This document shows positions 35,981 through 50,389 of a stretch of DNA of 64,000 bases, one piece after another (position 1 is the stretch's first letter; each line of letters opens with the position of its first letter). The DNA is taken from the NCBI GenBank assembly GCA_016618085.1, contig JABLTG010000027.1:1-64000 (forward strand), in the 5' to 3' direction. The notes beneath the pieces were generated by a model. That model saw nothing but the letters and a program-made list of their open reading frames with translations, searched no databases and was not told the DNA's origin. The position numbers were made by a program, and so were the translations under genes. The stretch is from Neovahlkampfia damariscottae (Eukaryota).

Positions 35981-37181
35981 ATGAAGAAAACCTTTCAACT
36001 TTTTTTAACATTTTTTTTGTTTTATGTTATAAACTCACAACATCAAGTTCGAATTCAATTCACTGGAAAATCAAATAAATATTCAATCTCATGGCAATCA
36101 AAAAACCAAGAAGATGCTGCTGTTAGATTTGGGTATAACCCGAATAATTTAAACGAAAATTCAATTGGAAAAACAACAAAATTTATTGCTTGTGTACTTT
36201 ATAGTTCAATAACAAAAGAAGCAGAAATTACGGTGAGAGAAAATGTTCCTGTTTTTTTTCAAGTAAAAGTTGATTCACAAACGTGGAGTAAAACATACTC
36301 ATTTCAGTCCGCACCTCAAAATATTGAAGAATTTAATTTTATTGCTTATGGTGATACAGATTCAACTCAATACTCAGAATTAGTCATGCAAAAGATAATT
36401 AAAGATGAAAAGAGTTCAGCTTTTGTTTTACATGCTGGTGATTTTGCATATGATTCACCTATGGGCCAAGAAGAATGGGATAAATGGGGTAAAATGTATG
36501 AACCTTTGACTTCTTCAAAACCACTTGTGGCTGTTGTAGGAAACCATGAATTTCATTGTCTTTGGAGATTTGAAAATTTCAAAAACAGATTCACAACAAA
36601 ATTAGGAGAAAATAGTGGTGGTGATGGTAATTTCTACTATTCAATGAAATATGGAAATGTCTTATTTTTTATTTTATCATCTGAACATACTATTGATGAA
36701 CCATCAGCTCAGTATCAATGGTTTGAAAAAGAACTTTCAAAAGTTGATAGAACACAAACACCTTGGATTATTGTTTCATATCATCAACCAGCTTATTCAA
36801 GTGTTAATGGATTTGGCAGATATCCAGGAAGTACAACAACAAGAAATTTAGAACCTTTATTCAGTAAATATAAGGTAAATCTTGTTATAGCAGGACATGA
36901 TCATTGTTATGAAAGAACTTGTAATGTTAATAATTTTAAATGTGGAAATGAATTGGGATTGGTTTGTCAATTAAATTAATTAATTTTTTTAGACTCACTT
37001 GACAATAGGTACTGCTGGGAGAAGACTTTATGGTGATTTTAAGATGCCAAAACCTGAATGGATTGTGTATCGTGAAGCTACTTATGGCTACGCTCGTATT
37101 TCTGTTTCAAAAACACAATTGGGCATTCAATACATTCGTTTGAATGGAACTATCGGAGATACTCATATTATTAGACAATAA
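35981..37181 (+). CDS. Secreted purple acid phosphatase
   Basis: Signal peptide and metallophosphoesterase motifs GD, GDFAY, GNHE, GHDH. Confidence 0.93.
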
Positions 37182-37254
37182 ATAAAATAATATTTAATTA
37201 GTTTTGTTTCAAAAATCTGTAAATGTTGATTCAAATCTGTTCCAATATTGACCA

Positions 37255-37992
37255 ATGACAAACAACCAAAAAAAATCTGAAGAATTTTTTGAGAAAGGAG
37301 AAAAAGAATATGAGTCTAAAGTATGCTCTAATTGATTAACATCTTTGAAAACAAAGAATTTTCATAAATCCAATTTCTATTTTTCAAGAGCAATACATTT
37401 TGATAATACAAAAACAAATATTTTTTTAAAAAAAGCCAAGTGCTTATATAAGCTCCAACGATATCATTCCTGTCTTGAAAATTGGTAATTTTTTTTTCTT
37501 TCATCTTTAGCAATCGATCAATTAAATTGGATTCATTGAATATAGAAGCAATAGAACTCCGAGCAAATACTAAAGTAAATCAAAAAAAAAACTGATTTTT
37601 AAAATCCAAAAGTTTAAAATGATGTACTATAAAGATTCAATTGAAGATTTTGATTTGCTTATTTTAATATCACCATCAAACAAAAATCAAATTCAAGTTA
37701 GTTTTATTATTAAATTGTTTTAATGAAATAGATTCAAAAAGAAGTTGTTTTAGAAAGAATAGAAGAATCAAAAATTGCTGGAAATAGAAATCTTCAAATG
37801 TATTCAAAATTGGATGGTGTAGATATAAAAAATGAATTGAATTTTGATTCAATGTTTAAAAATCCAAAAATTGTTGAAATATTAAATGGAATGAATGAAA
37901 ATTCAAATCAACAAGAATTAAATGATTTGATGAAAGATGAAAATATTTTTGAGACAATTTCATCATTGAATAAATATAAATCTCGAATATAA
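37255..37992 (+). CDS. Small TPR + STI1-like co-chaperone (5 exons, mostly missing from the ORF track)
   Basis: Manual splicing gives MTNNQKKSEEFFEKGEKEYESK|NFHKSNFYFSRAIHFD..FLKKAKCLYKL..C|NRSIKLD..|..FDSMFKNPKIVEIL..LMKDENI. Confidence 0.65.
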
Positions 37993-38238
37993 AAGAATGA
38001 ATAAATTAGCAGAATCGATAGAAATGATTGGTTGTTTCTTATTGTGTATAATTCAAATCGTTTTAAAATGAAAAATTGTACTTCAATTAAAACTTTAAAA
38101 TATCTCCTGAATCCTCAAATATACTCAGAAGTCAAAATTGAATCATTCCAATAGAAAAAAATATCCGGAACTTTGACCAATAAGAAGACTTGGAGGCTTG
38201 TCAACAATCAAAAACTTCATCAAAAACAAAAAATATAC

Positions 38239-38481
38239 ATGCAAAGCACATGCACCACAATATTAACTGTAGTTCAAAAGAGTAAACAAAAAACCATCGA
38301 AAGAACTCAAAAACTGAAGCAAAAGAAATCCATAACAAAAATGCTCTTCGGAGATGCAGCTCAAACAGCAAAAACACATGCAGCTTCAAAAAAAAACACT
38401 CATCACAACTTTGTAGATGTATCGTTTCGTTCTGCTCAAAGAAAACTCAAAAATAAAAAACAAAACAAAAATTCTGATTAA
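38239..38481 (+). CDS. Small basic hypothetical protein
   Basis: ORF from the first ATG after a CCAAT, convergent with MYG1. No motif recognised. Confidence 0.4.
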   Translation: MQSTCTTILTVVQKSKQKTIERTQKLKQKKSITKMLFGDAAQTAKTHAASKKNTHHNFVDVSFRSAQRKLKNKKQNKNSD

Positions 38482-38489
38482 ACCTAAAT

Positions 38490-39581
38490 TTAATTTTCAA
38501 GTGATTTTTTAGCTAAAGCTAAAGAGCTATCAAATGATTTTGTACCTCCAATAAAACCTGTTGCATGAACAAATATACAATTTTCAATGCCAGTCACTTT
38601 TGATAATTCTTCATCTCTCAATCCACACCACTCTTTTTTTAATGGTCTTCTTGATTTAAAATCATCATCTTCATGTGACACAGCTCTGACTCTACAAGAA
38701 CCATCTTTATCATCAACAAACAAAACATATTTGACTAAACCAACTGTATTCGTTTCTTTTTCAATATCAAATAGATGTTCTGCCCATGGACATCCTTTTT
38801 CAAGGAATACTATTTCTCCATTTTTATCGATTTTTTCTTTTGAGTTAGCAATTGATTTTTCAACAATTGAACGAGCAGGTAACCAGAAATTTAATAAACC
38901 ATCAAATTGTTGTAAAAATTCTTCTCCTGTTAATTGAATAGCTTTTTGAAATCCAATAGTAGTTTCTTCAGAAATTTTTTCTGGAGGAGTCAACCAACCT
39001 GTTTTTGTTTTGAGATTAATTTTTTTTTTTGTTACTTGTATTGAAACGACCAACTCTTGCACTTAAATCAGTTGTAATTTTATAAAGTGGTTTTTCTTTT
39101 CCGCTGATAGTGACACCATTATCAATACCGTCAATGGATTCAATGAAATTTCTGTAAATTTTTTCATATATCTTTTTAGCAACAAGTTCATTGTCAACTT
39201 TCTTTTTTATAATTTCCATACCAAAATGTCTAAAGGTAAATATTTTTTTTTTGAACAATTTTACTTATAAATTAAACCTGCTGAAGATAATTTTGTGTTA
39301 AAATTTGGAAAATTTTCTTCAAAGCCTTTTTGATGATGGTCAAAAAGATATTTCAAAGGTTCATATTTTCCACCAACATCAACTTGAATATCACATTTTC
39401 CTAAAACCTCAGGATCTCTTGATCTGACAATTATGCTGTTTTCAAATTCTTTTGTCATGGAAAGTAATGCACAAGCAAGACATTCGTCTGCATGAAATTG
39501 TCCAGAGTGTGTTCCAATTATTTTATAATTCGGTTCAATTTTTTCTGGTACTTTTGAAAATACTTTTGCGACTTGTTTCAT
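38490..39581 (-). CDS. MYG1: MYG1 exonuclease (DHH family)
   Basis: IGTHSGQFHADE, DVGG, FDHHQ, KLSSAGLIYKHFG, DGIDNG, CIFVHATGFIGG. Confidence 0.96.
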
Positions 39582-39790
39582 GCTTTTTTATAATGAAGAA
39601 TAATGATTCGCACATAAACTCCTGACCAATGATGATTTGTAATTTTTGGAGGAAGAAATGTTGGTGGATAAAACTCCGATTTCCAATTCTATTCATTGGA
39701 ATTAGATTTTACCTTCCAATCAGTTTCATTGGTTATTAGATACTAATAAATAAATTGGAATGAAGAAACATCAACAACTAAAAAAACAAA

Positions 39791-40333
39791 ATGTCAATAA
39801 AGAAAAATCAAAACCAATTTTCATATTCAAAGTTTGAAGATGTGTATCTTGAAAGTGAACCTAGAATGAGCATAAATGCACAAAACAACAATTTTTTGAA
39901 ACCTTTGCCTGTAAATCCAATGTCAAAACAATCAAATTGGGTCAAACCGATTGCTGTCGAACCTGTTTTGGTTTTTATTTGTAATATATTCGCTCCTGGT
40001 TTAGGACACATTTTACTTGGCCAACACAAGAAAGGAATAATGTTGTTGACTATATATGGGATAATGAGCATAATTATATGGCCTTTGACTTGCTTTCTTG
40101 TTGGAATTCCACTTTTGATAATTCCACTTGTACATATTATTTTAATTTTATACGACGGACAAATTTTGGCGGACAGAGCAAAAAGAGGTATACCAATCAT
40201 GGAAGGAGAATGTGGTACATCATTGATAAAACCATTTCTTTCATTAGTTTGTAATCCTGTATTCAATAATTCTGATTTAGAGGATTGTCCACGAGATTGG
40301 ATGAAAAAAATGCAAAACATTGAACATCAATAA
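39791..40333 (+). CDS. TM2-like membrane protein
   Basis: NIFAPGLGHILLGQHKKGI followed by hydrophobic helices. Confidence 0.7.
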   Translation: MSIKKNQNQFSYSKFEDVYLESEPRMSINAQNNNFLKPLPVNPMSKQSNWVKPIAVEPVLVFICNIFAPGLGHILLGQHKKGIMLLTIYGIMSIIIWPLTCFLVGIPLLIIPLVHIILILYDGQILADRAKRGIPIMEGECGTSLIKPFLSLVCNPVFNNSDLEDCPRDWMKKMQNIEHQ

Positions 40334-40407
40334 AACATTAGTTTAAAATTTAATTCAAATAATTCTTTTTACATCGTTCTGAGTTTTCGAAATTGACCAA
40401 TTAGAAA

Positions 40408-41369
40408 ATGTCAAATAAACTCAGAATGAGGAGTTTGTTGTACATTCCAGGAAACAGTTCTAAAATGCTAGCCAAAACTTTAAATATGAAAATATATCCA
40501 GATGTTTTTGTACCTGATTTAGAGGATAGTGTTCCTTTTGAATACAAAAAAGATGCTTTAAAACAAGTTTCAAAATTCATTGAAGAAGATTGGAAGAATT
40601 TTAAATTAAAAAACAAAAAAATCAAATCCTTGATACTTCCAAGGTTAAATAATGACTTAAATTTACTTCCAGAAGAATTACAAAAAATTTGTTCTCCTTC
40701 CATTGATGTGTGAAATTTTTTTTTTCATAATTTTTTCAACAGGGTATTAATCTAGGTAAAGTTTCAAATATCAAAGAATTCAATGAAATTATTAAATTAA
40801 TTGAAGAAACAGAAAATAAAAAAGGATTACAAAAAAATTCAATTAAAATTATACCTTCAATTGAAACAGCAGAAGGATTGACTAATATTGCAGAAATTTG
40901 TTCAAGTCATAAAGAAAGAACCATTGGATTATGTTTTGGTGCTGATGATTTTGCAAATGATATGGGTATAACTAGAAATACCAGTTCTTATGAAGAAAAT
41001 CTTGAATTTGCAAGAAACCAAATTTCAATTTATGCAAGAGCACATAATTTGGTGTCTATTGACACACCAAATGTAAATTTCAAAAATTTAGATTCATTAA
41101 TTGAAGAATCCACTAGAGTTAAATCAATTGGTTTTAAAGGAAAATTTGCAATTCATCCAAATCAAATTGAATCATTGAATGATATTTTTGGTATTTCAAA
41201 ACAAGAATATGAAAGAGCAAAAGAAATTGTTGATAGTTTTGAGAAATCAAAGAAAGAAAATAAACGTGGAAGTACCTCAGTAGGTGATAGAATGGTTGAT
41301 ATTCCAGTTTACAAAAGAAATCTAAATATTGTACAAAGTTACAAAGAAGAAAATGATTTAATGAAATAG
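40408..41369 (+). CDS. CitE/CLYBL-like HpcH/HpaI lyase
   Basis: RSLLYIPGN, DLEDSV, IETAEG, FGADDF, GFKGKFAIHPNQI, MVDIPV. Confidence 0.93.
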
Positions 41370-41370
41370 T

Positions 41371-44300
41371 TTATTTATTCCCTTCTAAATTGATATCTTT
41401 ATTCATTCCTAATAAAATAAAATTTGATTCTAAACAATTAATTTCAGTTAATGTTTCAATTTGATCATTTGTCAATGCCCATTTTGATATTTTTTTTTCA
41501 CTTAATCTGATCAGTTTATTAATCTGTGTGAAAATTATATCATTTTCACTAGTTGCACCTAATGATTTTAAACTCCATTTTGAACCGAAGTAAATATCAT
41601 CTTCAATCAAAATATTGCTATTCTTCAAATTTTTAAATAAAGAAATAAATTCTGAAATAATTTCGTTGGTGGATTCAGGATTTGTTATTGTGATTTCTGT
41701 GATTGAATTCGCTGCTACTCCTCTAATATGAATATGATTTTGATCATTTTTTACAATTTCAAATAATTCTTCAATGATTTCTTTTGAGAAATTGGAACAC
41801 AATCCAATGGAATAAATTGCTTGAATTCTGACAGAAGAATCTGAATTATTTAAATTTTCGGTAAGTAACTTCATGGCATCTTTATCTCCTCTTTGCATGA
41901 TTGAAGGAAGTATTTTTAAAATTGTTCGAATATTAGATTGACTGTCTGTTGTTTTAGCAATTTCAAAAATAGTTTCAATAATCTTTGATGGAACTTTTGA
42001 ACATACTTCAGCAATTCCCAACAGACATTCATTTTTCACATCAAATTTTGTGTCTTGAAGAAAATTTGTGAGAACAGAAATAGTTTCTTTATCATCTTTT
42101 AAAGATAGATTGGAAATTAATTTGATCAGTTTGGCGCGATATTTGACATTCGAATTGAGCATTTTATAAGCAAATTTTAAGATTTTTGAGTCACCTTTTG
42201 AACCAAATTGAATAATTGCATCACATGCTTTATCTCTAATGATCCAAGATTGATTTTCAAAAATTTCCAGTAATTTCTGGACAATTTCTTTTTTTTGATC
42301 ATTTTTTGGATTCATCATCATTAAAGCTTCTATTCCCATTACACAAGGATTTTTTGCAACATTTTTGTCTGAAATCAAAGAAATCAATTCTTTTATCAAT
42401 TTTACATCATCTTTTTCAGATACAGTAGTTAAAACCATATAACAAAGTGTATATTCATCTTGTTTCATTTTTGCAATTGATTTCATCATGTAAGCTCTTT
42501 CATCACCTTTTACAGCATTTTTAAACAACTCAAGTAATTTATATCTTTGTGAACTGTATCTTGTTTGTATGATTTCTAATATTTCTTCTGAATTCTTATA
42601 AAATATTCTCTTTAAAAAAATTTGAGTTGCTTCTCGGTGTGGAATTGTATGGTCAAAATATTTCAAAAAAACGATACCAGCTTGTAAAATTGTTTGTTTA
42701 TCAGAAAATAAATTCATTATTGTAATCATATGTTCAAGTAATAAATCTCTAATTTTCTTTACTTCCATTGTATCACCATCTAATTCCAATTCTTCCAAAA
42801 TAGTCAACATTAATATTCTTGTTTGTTTAGTAATGGCTTTTGATAATTGATTCAAAAGTTCAGAAATAACTTTAGACTGTATTGTTGAGTTTTTTTTAGT
42901 AATATTTGAAATTGCAATTCCTGCACCTTCTCCATCAATATTTCCATTTTTTATGTTATTCATGATGATTTTTAAAAGATATTCATTATCAATTTGAAAA
43001 TTATTTGTACATTCTTGTGCAATATTTCTTATAATTGGATTTGAATGATAGAGTCCTTTTGCAATGACTGACATTTTTTTCTTTTCTCTTTTAAAACTCA
43101 ATTGTGAAGTTATTGCTTTATAAAGTAAAGGTTCTTTTTCACGACAATTTCTTTCACGTAACATTTCAAAAACAACAGTCAATGAAGTTAATGATCTTTT
43201 TTGATTCAAAAAATAATTAATGAATTCTTGAAAAATTGGACTTGATAACTCAGTTGCGCAGAAACAAAATGTATCTTTAAACCAAGGATCTTTCATGTAA
43301 TCATTACATAAAGAATCTAAATAACTTGATTTTGGTTTCTTTACAAATCCCAATAAATCATTAATTGAATATCTTTTTGAATCTCTTAATTGATTTCCTT
43401 CTAATTCGTCAGTAATCTGTTTCTTCCAATAAGTTGAAGTGAAATATTCTTGAAATGATAATTGTGAAAATTTATATCGATTCAATTCAGGAATAAAAAA
43501 TGGTAATTGACCTTCATCTATCAATCTTTTTGAATCTTCCCAAATTGGAAATCTTTTCAAAAAGGAGTCAGTAATATCAGCTTCTGAAAAATAAATTTGT
43601 TTATGAGTATGTAAATGATAAGCAATATGATTGATTAAATTAATTAAATCTTGTAAATACTTATCAACATCCAGTTTATTACCTTGACCTGATAATCTTC
43701 TCATTTTTTTTAAATGCATTTCTAACATATTTTCAATGGCCATTCCATATAAAGCACTTCGACTACTGGGTATTTTTTGATTTTGTTTGAATAATTCAAT
43801 CAACATTGACAAATATAATGGTGTTCTTGTAATTGCCTCATATTTTGGTTCCATTAGTAGTTTATTTAATAACTCAGAATTTACACCTCTCCTTTTTGAT
43901 ATCTCAATCTTCATTTCATAATTTAATTGTAAGATTTTTGTTAATTGGAATCCAGGAAAATCTAAATAATAAATTCAGGAGAAATATTTTACCTGTTTGT
44001 GATTGGACACGTGAAGTGATAATGATTCCACCTGAATTTTCAAAATTTTTGTCTAATTTCAAAATATTTTCTTCCAACCAAATTCTTGCATCTTTTGTGC
44101 AAGATTCATCTAATCCATCAATCAACAGTAAAACTTTTTTATCTTCAAATTTTTTCAATAAAAATTTTTCAATATCAACAGAGTATTTGAAATTTCCTGC
44201 TGATCTGATGCATTGAATATCAAAAGGAATATCTTCATCATAATTTTCAGTTAGAAGTGAAACAGAAACAAAAACAGGTACAATACTCTTTACATCTAAT

Positions 44301-46245
44301 TGACACATTTTAGCAAATGTAAACATGATAATTTTAAGTAGTGTTGTTTTACCACTTGATGGATCTCCAAAAATTACAATTCTCAAAGGATCTATTTTTT
44401 TGATGAATTCTAATGCATCGATTCCAATAATTGAGTCTTCAATCGAAAAACTTAATCTTGGTGACATAAAATCAGTTTGGAAAGTATTTTCTGATTCTAA
44501 TTGGTTAATTATTGGACTTAATTGTAATGGAATACATTCTGAATCTAAATCAATAGTTGTATTATGAACTAAATCGATGATTGATTTATCATATTGAACA
44601 ATCATTGTCAAATATTTTTCATTCGCTTTTTCGACCTCTTCTGTTTCAAATTTTGATGTAATTCCAATGAATTCATTCTCAGGATCAGTGAATTTTTCCT
44701 TTGAATTTATTAGTTTTATATTAAATTCAAACTATTTTTTCAAGTAAATTTGAAGGGAAAGGGAATCCTGAATTCTCAACTACTTCAATAAATTGATAAA
44801 TTGTTACAATTTCTGAATCTCCACAAAGTAATTTTTTCAATCCTCTTGCTCTAGTTACACCAATTCGACCTGCAAATGTTTGATAAGCACCACTAAAACT
44901 CCTCCAAACAACTTCCAAAATCTAATCAAAAAAATAATTAAAATACTCTTTTTCAATTACATTCTCTCCAAAATACTTTTTCCAAAAATTTTTAGCATCA
45001 ACATTGTGAATTGCCTGTATTAATGTATTATCAGTTGTAACCATAATTGTTGTTGGATTTGTATCTAATTTTTTATTTGTAATTTTCAATGGATTATTTC
45101 TGATGAATTTTGATTCATTGTTTTTTTCAAGAAAAAGTAAAATTTCTTCTGATGTTGGTCGTTGCTCAGGATCATAACAAAGACACTCAAATAATAATAT
45201 ACATAATTTAAAGTTTCTTTTCATTGAATATTGTTTATAAAGTGCATATCTTGATACGTAAAATGAGTTATGAATAATTTACCTAGTTTTTAAATTAGAA
45301 ATACTATCTTTCAATAATAATCCTCTTAAATCCATTAAAGCATCCAATTGAGAACTCTTATTCAAACCAATTTCATGAAAACTTTCAAGAATCAACATAC
45401 CAACAGACCATATATCAGCAGATGTATCATATCTAAAATGATGGTGTTTAGAATATTTATTAACTAACCCCAATTCTGATAACACTTCAGGTGCCATATA
45501 AAGTAATGTTCCCGTTCTAGTTCCTGCTAATTTACTACCTAACTGTTTGGTGACTCCAAAATCCGAAATTTTTAGATCTAATTTCTCTACTTTTTCTTTG
45601 GTCCATGATATCTCATGAAAATCCAGAATATCAGCATCTTTAAATTTGTCAAAAATATTTTTTTTTCAAACCAAGTTTTAGTAGTATATTTTCAGGTTTA
45701 ATGTCACGATGACAAAAATTCATTGAATGTAAATAAGATAGACCTTCTATTCTTTTGTTAATTTTTTCTTTTTTTTCACCTGAAATTTGAAGTATCCATC
45801 TGACAATATCACTTTCACTAAAATCAAAACTCTTCATTAAATATTTTAAGTTTCCAGCATTGCATAAATCCATAATGATACATAAATAAGTGAAATTTTC
45901 ATCTCTTATGATATTAGTACTGATGTAATATTCATAATGTTGTAAAATTCTTTCGTTTTTTAATGTCAAAAGTGAATTCAACTGTATTTGTGGATTTTAA
46001 TATTTTTTTTTGAGAACCATTTTATCTTTTTTAACTGATTCCGCATCTTCAATTTCTATTTTTTTCATTGCGAATAATTCACCAGTTTTCTATTGTTCAA
46101 AATATTTTTATTTTACTAGTTTTTGACATAAATAGACATAACCTTCACTACCTTTTCCAAGCCTTGAAATTTGAACATATTCTTCATCTGGTTTACTTAA
46201 TGGTTGAAGAGAAGTCATCAAAGTTTTCCCACTTACCGTGGTCAT
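41371..46245 (-). CDS. Protein kinase - helical linker - NACHT NTPase - HEAT repeat protein (NLR-like STAND)
   Basis: Kinase: GKGSEG, HRDIKPEN, DFG, GTLLYMAPE, DIWSVG. FWKKYFGE..VVWRSF domain. Walker A GDPSSGKTT, Walker B LLIDGLDE, IITSR, TPLYLSM, FSQLSFQEYF. HEAT repeats follow. Exon joins are inferred. Confidence 0.8.
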
Positions 46246-46364
46246 TCAAATGAACTTTGTTTTATTTGATTGGTCAGATGTAAAACAAGTTTTGGACAGA
46301 CTGAAACACAGTAAGTAAATAATAAGTGAATGATTTTAATTTTCAAAATGGTTTTTTTTTTGTT

Positions 46365-46781
46365 TTAAATTATTTTTAACTCTTTTAACAATTTTTCAAA
46401 ATTTTCCAACTCCAAGCTCAGAAACGGCAGAGCAAAGTAATGAACAGTTAGAATTAATTTCTTATCAGCTTTCCATTGTTTAAATTCATCAACAGAAAAA
46501 ACGACATGTTCTGGATGTATCGGGCAATCTAAAATGGTTGGTTCTAATACAATTGTCTTTGTATCAGTATAGTACAGTATTTCAACTTTCAAGTCTTTCA
46601 GTTCTTTTTTGTCAACATTAATATCATATAAAAATTTTTTTTTTCTAATTTTTGAAAAATTTAACACTGTGTCTTTGGTTTTTCCTATCAATAATTTATC
46701 CTTTTCTTTATCCGTTTTATGTAACAACTCTATTAATTTGTCTTCAGGTATTTCCTCACCTTTAGTTTGGTCGTTTCCCAT
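46365..46781 (-). CDS. Small hypothetical protein, possibly N-myristoylated
   Basis: 138-aa ORF starting MGNDQTK. Confidence 0.55.
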   Translation of the reverse strand: MGNDQTKGEEIPEDKLIELLHKTDKEKDKLLIGKTKDTVLNFSKIRKKKFLYDINVDKKELKDLKVEILYYTDTKTIVLEPTILDCPIHPEHVVFSVDEFKQWKADKKLILTVHYFALPFLSLELENFEKLLKELKII

Positions 46782-46977
46782 TGGGCTATTTGTAACACAG
46801 TTGATTGGTCAACAATTCTTAACGTTTTTCATTTTTTTTGGTTTACTTTGTTCACCAAGAGAAGCAAAAGTTTATTTTTATTCTTTTCAGATTCTCAATT
46901 TTTGAAAATGTTTTAAATTTAGCCGGTTCCAAAATATTTTATTGGACAATTAACCACCTTCAAAAAAAACAAACAGG

Positions 46978-48444
46978 ATGTACCAAGAATTTTTAGAGAA
47001 AAGAAAAAAACTCATTGAAGAGAACTCAAAATTGAGATTTGATTATTCAATAAGTTTAAATGAAAAAGAACAAAAAGTCAACGTCATTTTGCAAAACATA
47101 TTTGATGCTGAAAAAAAGAACCCCAAAACATCACCAACACTCAATATTTATGAAAGACAAGAAGCTACAGAAGCTTCTGAAGCCTTTAAAGTTTTAAAAA
47201 AGTTTCCAAAAGGTGCTCTGTTACACGCTCATTATTTAGCTATGGAAGACATCAATGAATTCATCAAAAACTCAACTTATCATCAAAATGTAATAAAAAA
47301 TAATCTAAATATTTTCTAGTGTTATTACTACAATGATGAAGATTCAAAAGATTACATCAATGGACAAATGAAATTCTTCAACAAAGAAGAGGTCCCAAAA
47401 GGATTTGTTTCAGTTGAGGAAATGAGAAAATTAAATGAAAATTTTGATAAAGAATTACTTAAAGATTGGAAAATGAATGCAAATGATGTGAATGGATCAG
47501 ATTTTAAAAGATGGAAAAAATTTCAAGGTTGTTTCAGTAAACCATGGAGTGTTTATTGGTTTCGTGAAAATTTTGAAAAGAATTTTGAAATTATCATGAA
47601 CTCTTTAATCGATGATAATATTCAATACATGGAAACGAATACAGGTCTCGGTGAAATTTATGATTTAAAAAAAAAATATTCACCTGAAGAATGTGCACAA
47701 ATATTTTTTGATTTGAACAAAAAATTTGTTTTAAATCATGAAAATGACTTCTTAGGCATCAAACTTTGTCATGAAAATGTCAGAATTTTTGATTCAAAAT
47801 TCATCAAAACTCATATGTTAGAATCATTAGAAATTCAAAAAAAATATCCAAACTTTGTCATTGGTTATGATCTTGTAGGTCAAGAAGATGGACCAGGTGC
47901 TTTTGATACACTTCATTATATGGAAGCAAATTTAGAAATACAAGAAAAAGCAAAAAAAGAAGGAGTTGATTTTCAATTCTTTTTTCATGGAGGTGAATCA
48001 TTATCTCCAGTTGAAAATTTATTTGATTTGATTCTTTTAGGAACAAAAAGAATTGGTCATGGATTTAATTTATTTAGATATCCAAAACTTTATGATTGTT
48101 TGAAAAAGGAGAAAATATGTTTAGAAATTTGTCCAATATCAAATCATGTCATTGGATACGTTAAAGATCTAAGAAATCATCATGCAATTGGATATATGGC
48201 GAATGATATTCCAATTGTTTTGTGCTCAGATGATCCAGGAATTATGGGTTATACAGGTATGACTCATGATTTCTTTGTTGCTGCTATTTATTGGAATTTA
48301 GATTTACGTGGAATTAAAAAATTAGCTTTAAATTCAATTGAATTTATTTCAGGTAGTCAAGAAGAAAAAGAAAAATTAAGAGAAATGTGGAATAAGAAAT
48401 ATGAAATTTTCTTAAATTATATTTTGCATGAATTTACAAAATAA
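46978..48444 (+). CDS. Adenosine deaminase 2 / ADGF (CECR1)-like
   Basis: PKGALLHAH, GYDLVGQED, FFFHGGE, TKRIGHG, EICPISN, SDDP. Confidence 0.93.
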
Positions 48445-48454
48445 AAAAGTTGAT

Positions 48455-50212
48455 TTATTGGGAACAAAATTCATACATTGATAATAAATGCATATCAATC
48501 AAGTCACATTTATACACTTCTATTTCAACTGGAATGAAGTTGCTGGCATTAGTAAGGGAAGCATTTCCAGTTGGATCAATGTAACTTGTGTTTAATTTTG
48601 AATAGGATCCATTGTTGTTTTGTGTAGGAAGCAAATACAAATCCTGACATTAAATTTTAGTATTTTTGAAGACTTACATGACCGGATCCAAATGTTGGAC
48701 CGTATGCTGCACTGCAGTAGACACTGTTGAAATTTTGAGCTTGTGAAAGTTTATAATTTCTAGAAATTGAAAACAAAAAGCTATTTGGATCATGTTTGTA
48801 TTGACCAGAAGAATCCCATGAAACTGAAGTGTATCCTCCAAATATTTGATTTGAACTGCATTTCACAAGTGTAATTGTTCCACCACAATAGTTGCAGTGA
48901 TTGTGAAAATTAGCAGCACTCCATCCATTTACATTTGCTGAATATATTAAAGAGTATTTATGAGGAATTCCAATCCATTCATTGATTCGCTTCATAACAG
49001 TAGTATTCATCAAACAAGTCACTGATGAAAATGGTAACAATACATGTGGAGCAACAAGAGATTGATATACTTCGATCTCCGCAACTTTAAACGTAGCCGC
49101 TTTTGCCAAATAATGATTTGCTTCTGTTGAATTTATTCCTTTTCCAGTTACATCCTCAAATGCGCTTCCAATTTTTGATGTGCAATTTGTACTGTTGCAA
49201 TTATTCGCAATCAATAAATCCTAACAGAGTTCAGTAACTTTCTTTAACTTACTTGACTTCCAAATTTGCAAAGAATACCTGATTGACAATAAATAGCTTG
49301 TGATTGGTTGATTACTTTTAACTTCTTTCTTTGTGTCAATGAAAATAAAAATGATTCTGAATCATATCTGTAGACATTTCCACTTCCCCATGATTGTTCT
49401 GTGTATCCACCAATTATTTCACCAGTTGTTGTTTTTATGATGATGATAGTTGGGCCAGCGTTATTACATTTAGCATGGAATTGAAGTGCTGTGAAACCAT
49501 CAATTGTACCTTGATAAATTTTCTTTCCACAAAATGGTTTTCCCAAGTAAACACTCAACAACTTTCCATACATCTTTGTAACTAAAGTTGAATTTGGAAA
49601 CATCAATTTGTATTTAAGATTCTCTTTCTTGTTGTTTTCTTGAACAATATTATCTTCTAATTTTTGGGTTCTGTTTTGAAGCAAGTTCATTTGATTGTGC
49701 ATTTGGATCTTTTCTGTGAGGGACATTTTCAATTTTTCAATTTCATTGTCCATTTTTGATTTTAATTCTTCCATCATTTCTTTTTCAATCAATTTTTTTG
49801 GTTTAATTCTTTGCTTCTTGTCATTTTGAATCATCCATTCATACTTTTGATATTCTACCGAATCAAATTGTTCTTTTTTGAAAATCAAGAAATATCGACC
49901 AAGAAGCACCATAACTAAAGATTTAGTGTTGGAATTGAAATCATGTGAAACATCTGAATTGTGAACAACTGAGCTGGTTGAAAAGTAATAAGCAGGTTTG
50001 ATTTTAGCATCCGAGGACATAGCATTCTCAAAGAACAAATTGAAGTCTTCAAACTTTGAGTCCAAACTTTTTTCTGTGATTTCTCCAGTAAAAAAAATTT
50101 CTTGTTGAGGTTCATAGAACGACATCATAAGACAACCTTCTTTTGACAACTTTGGAAATAGAATGTATCTGAAAGTAAATGAATTGAGTTTGACAGCACC
50201 GTATTGAAACAT
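48455..50212 (-). CDS. Coiled-coil + tandem TLDc domain protein
   Basis: Two TLDc units: IYQGTIDGFTALQFHAKCNNAGPT..IGGYT..W and IYSANVNGWSAANFHNHC..FGGYT..GPTFGSGH..EIEVY. Confidence 0.88.
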
Positions 50213-50389
50213 GTTTTAAGCTTTGTTTTGATGAACTAACCAATTAAACACATTGTTCTATTTATAATTTTTCAAAACTAAACTTTCAATTTTTTTCGTA
50301 TTCATTGGTCAATTGATGGACTAGAAACTGAAATCGAAACTTATAAATAGATCGACCAATAAACATTGCTCATCAACACAACAGAAACA

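Noticed and set aside
39808..40320. Long antisense ORF, and the many other shadow ORFs in the track
   Set aside because: They lie opposite or out of frame to well-supported genes and carry no motifs.
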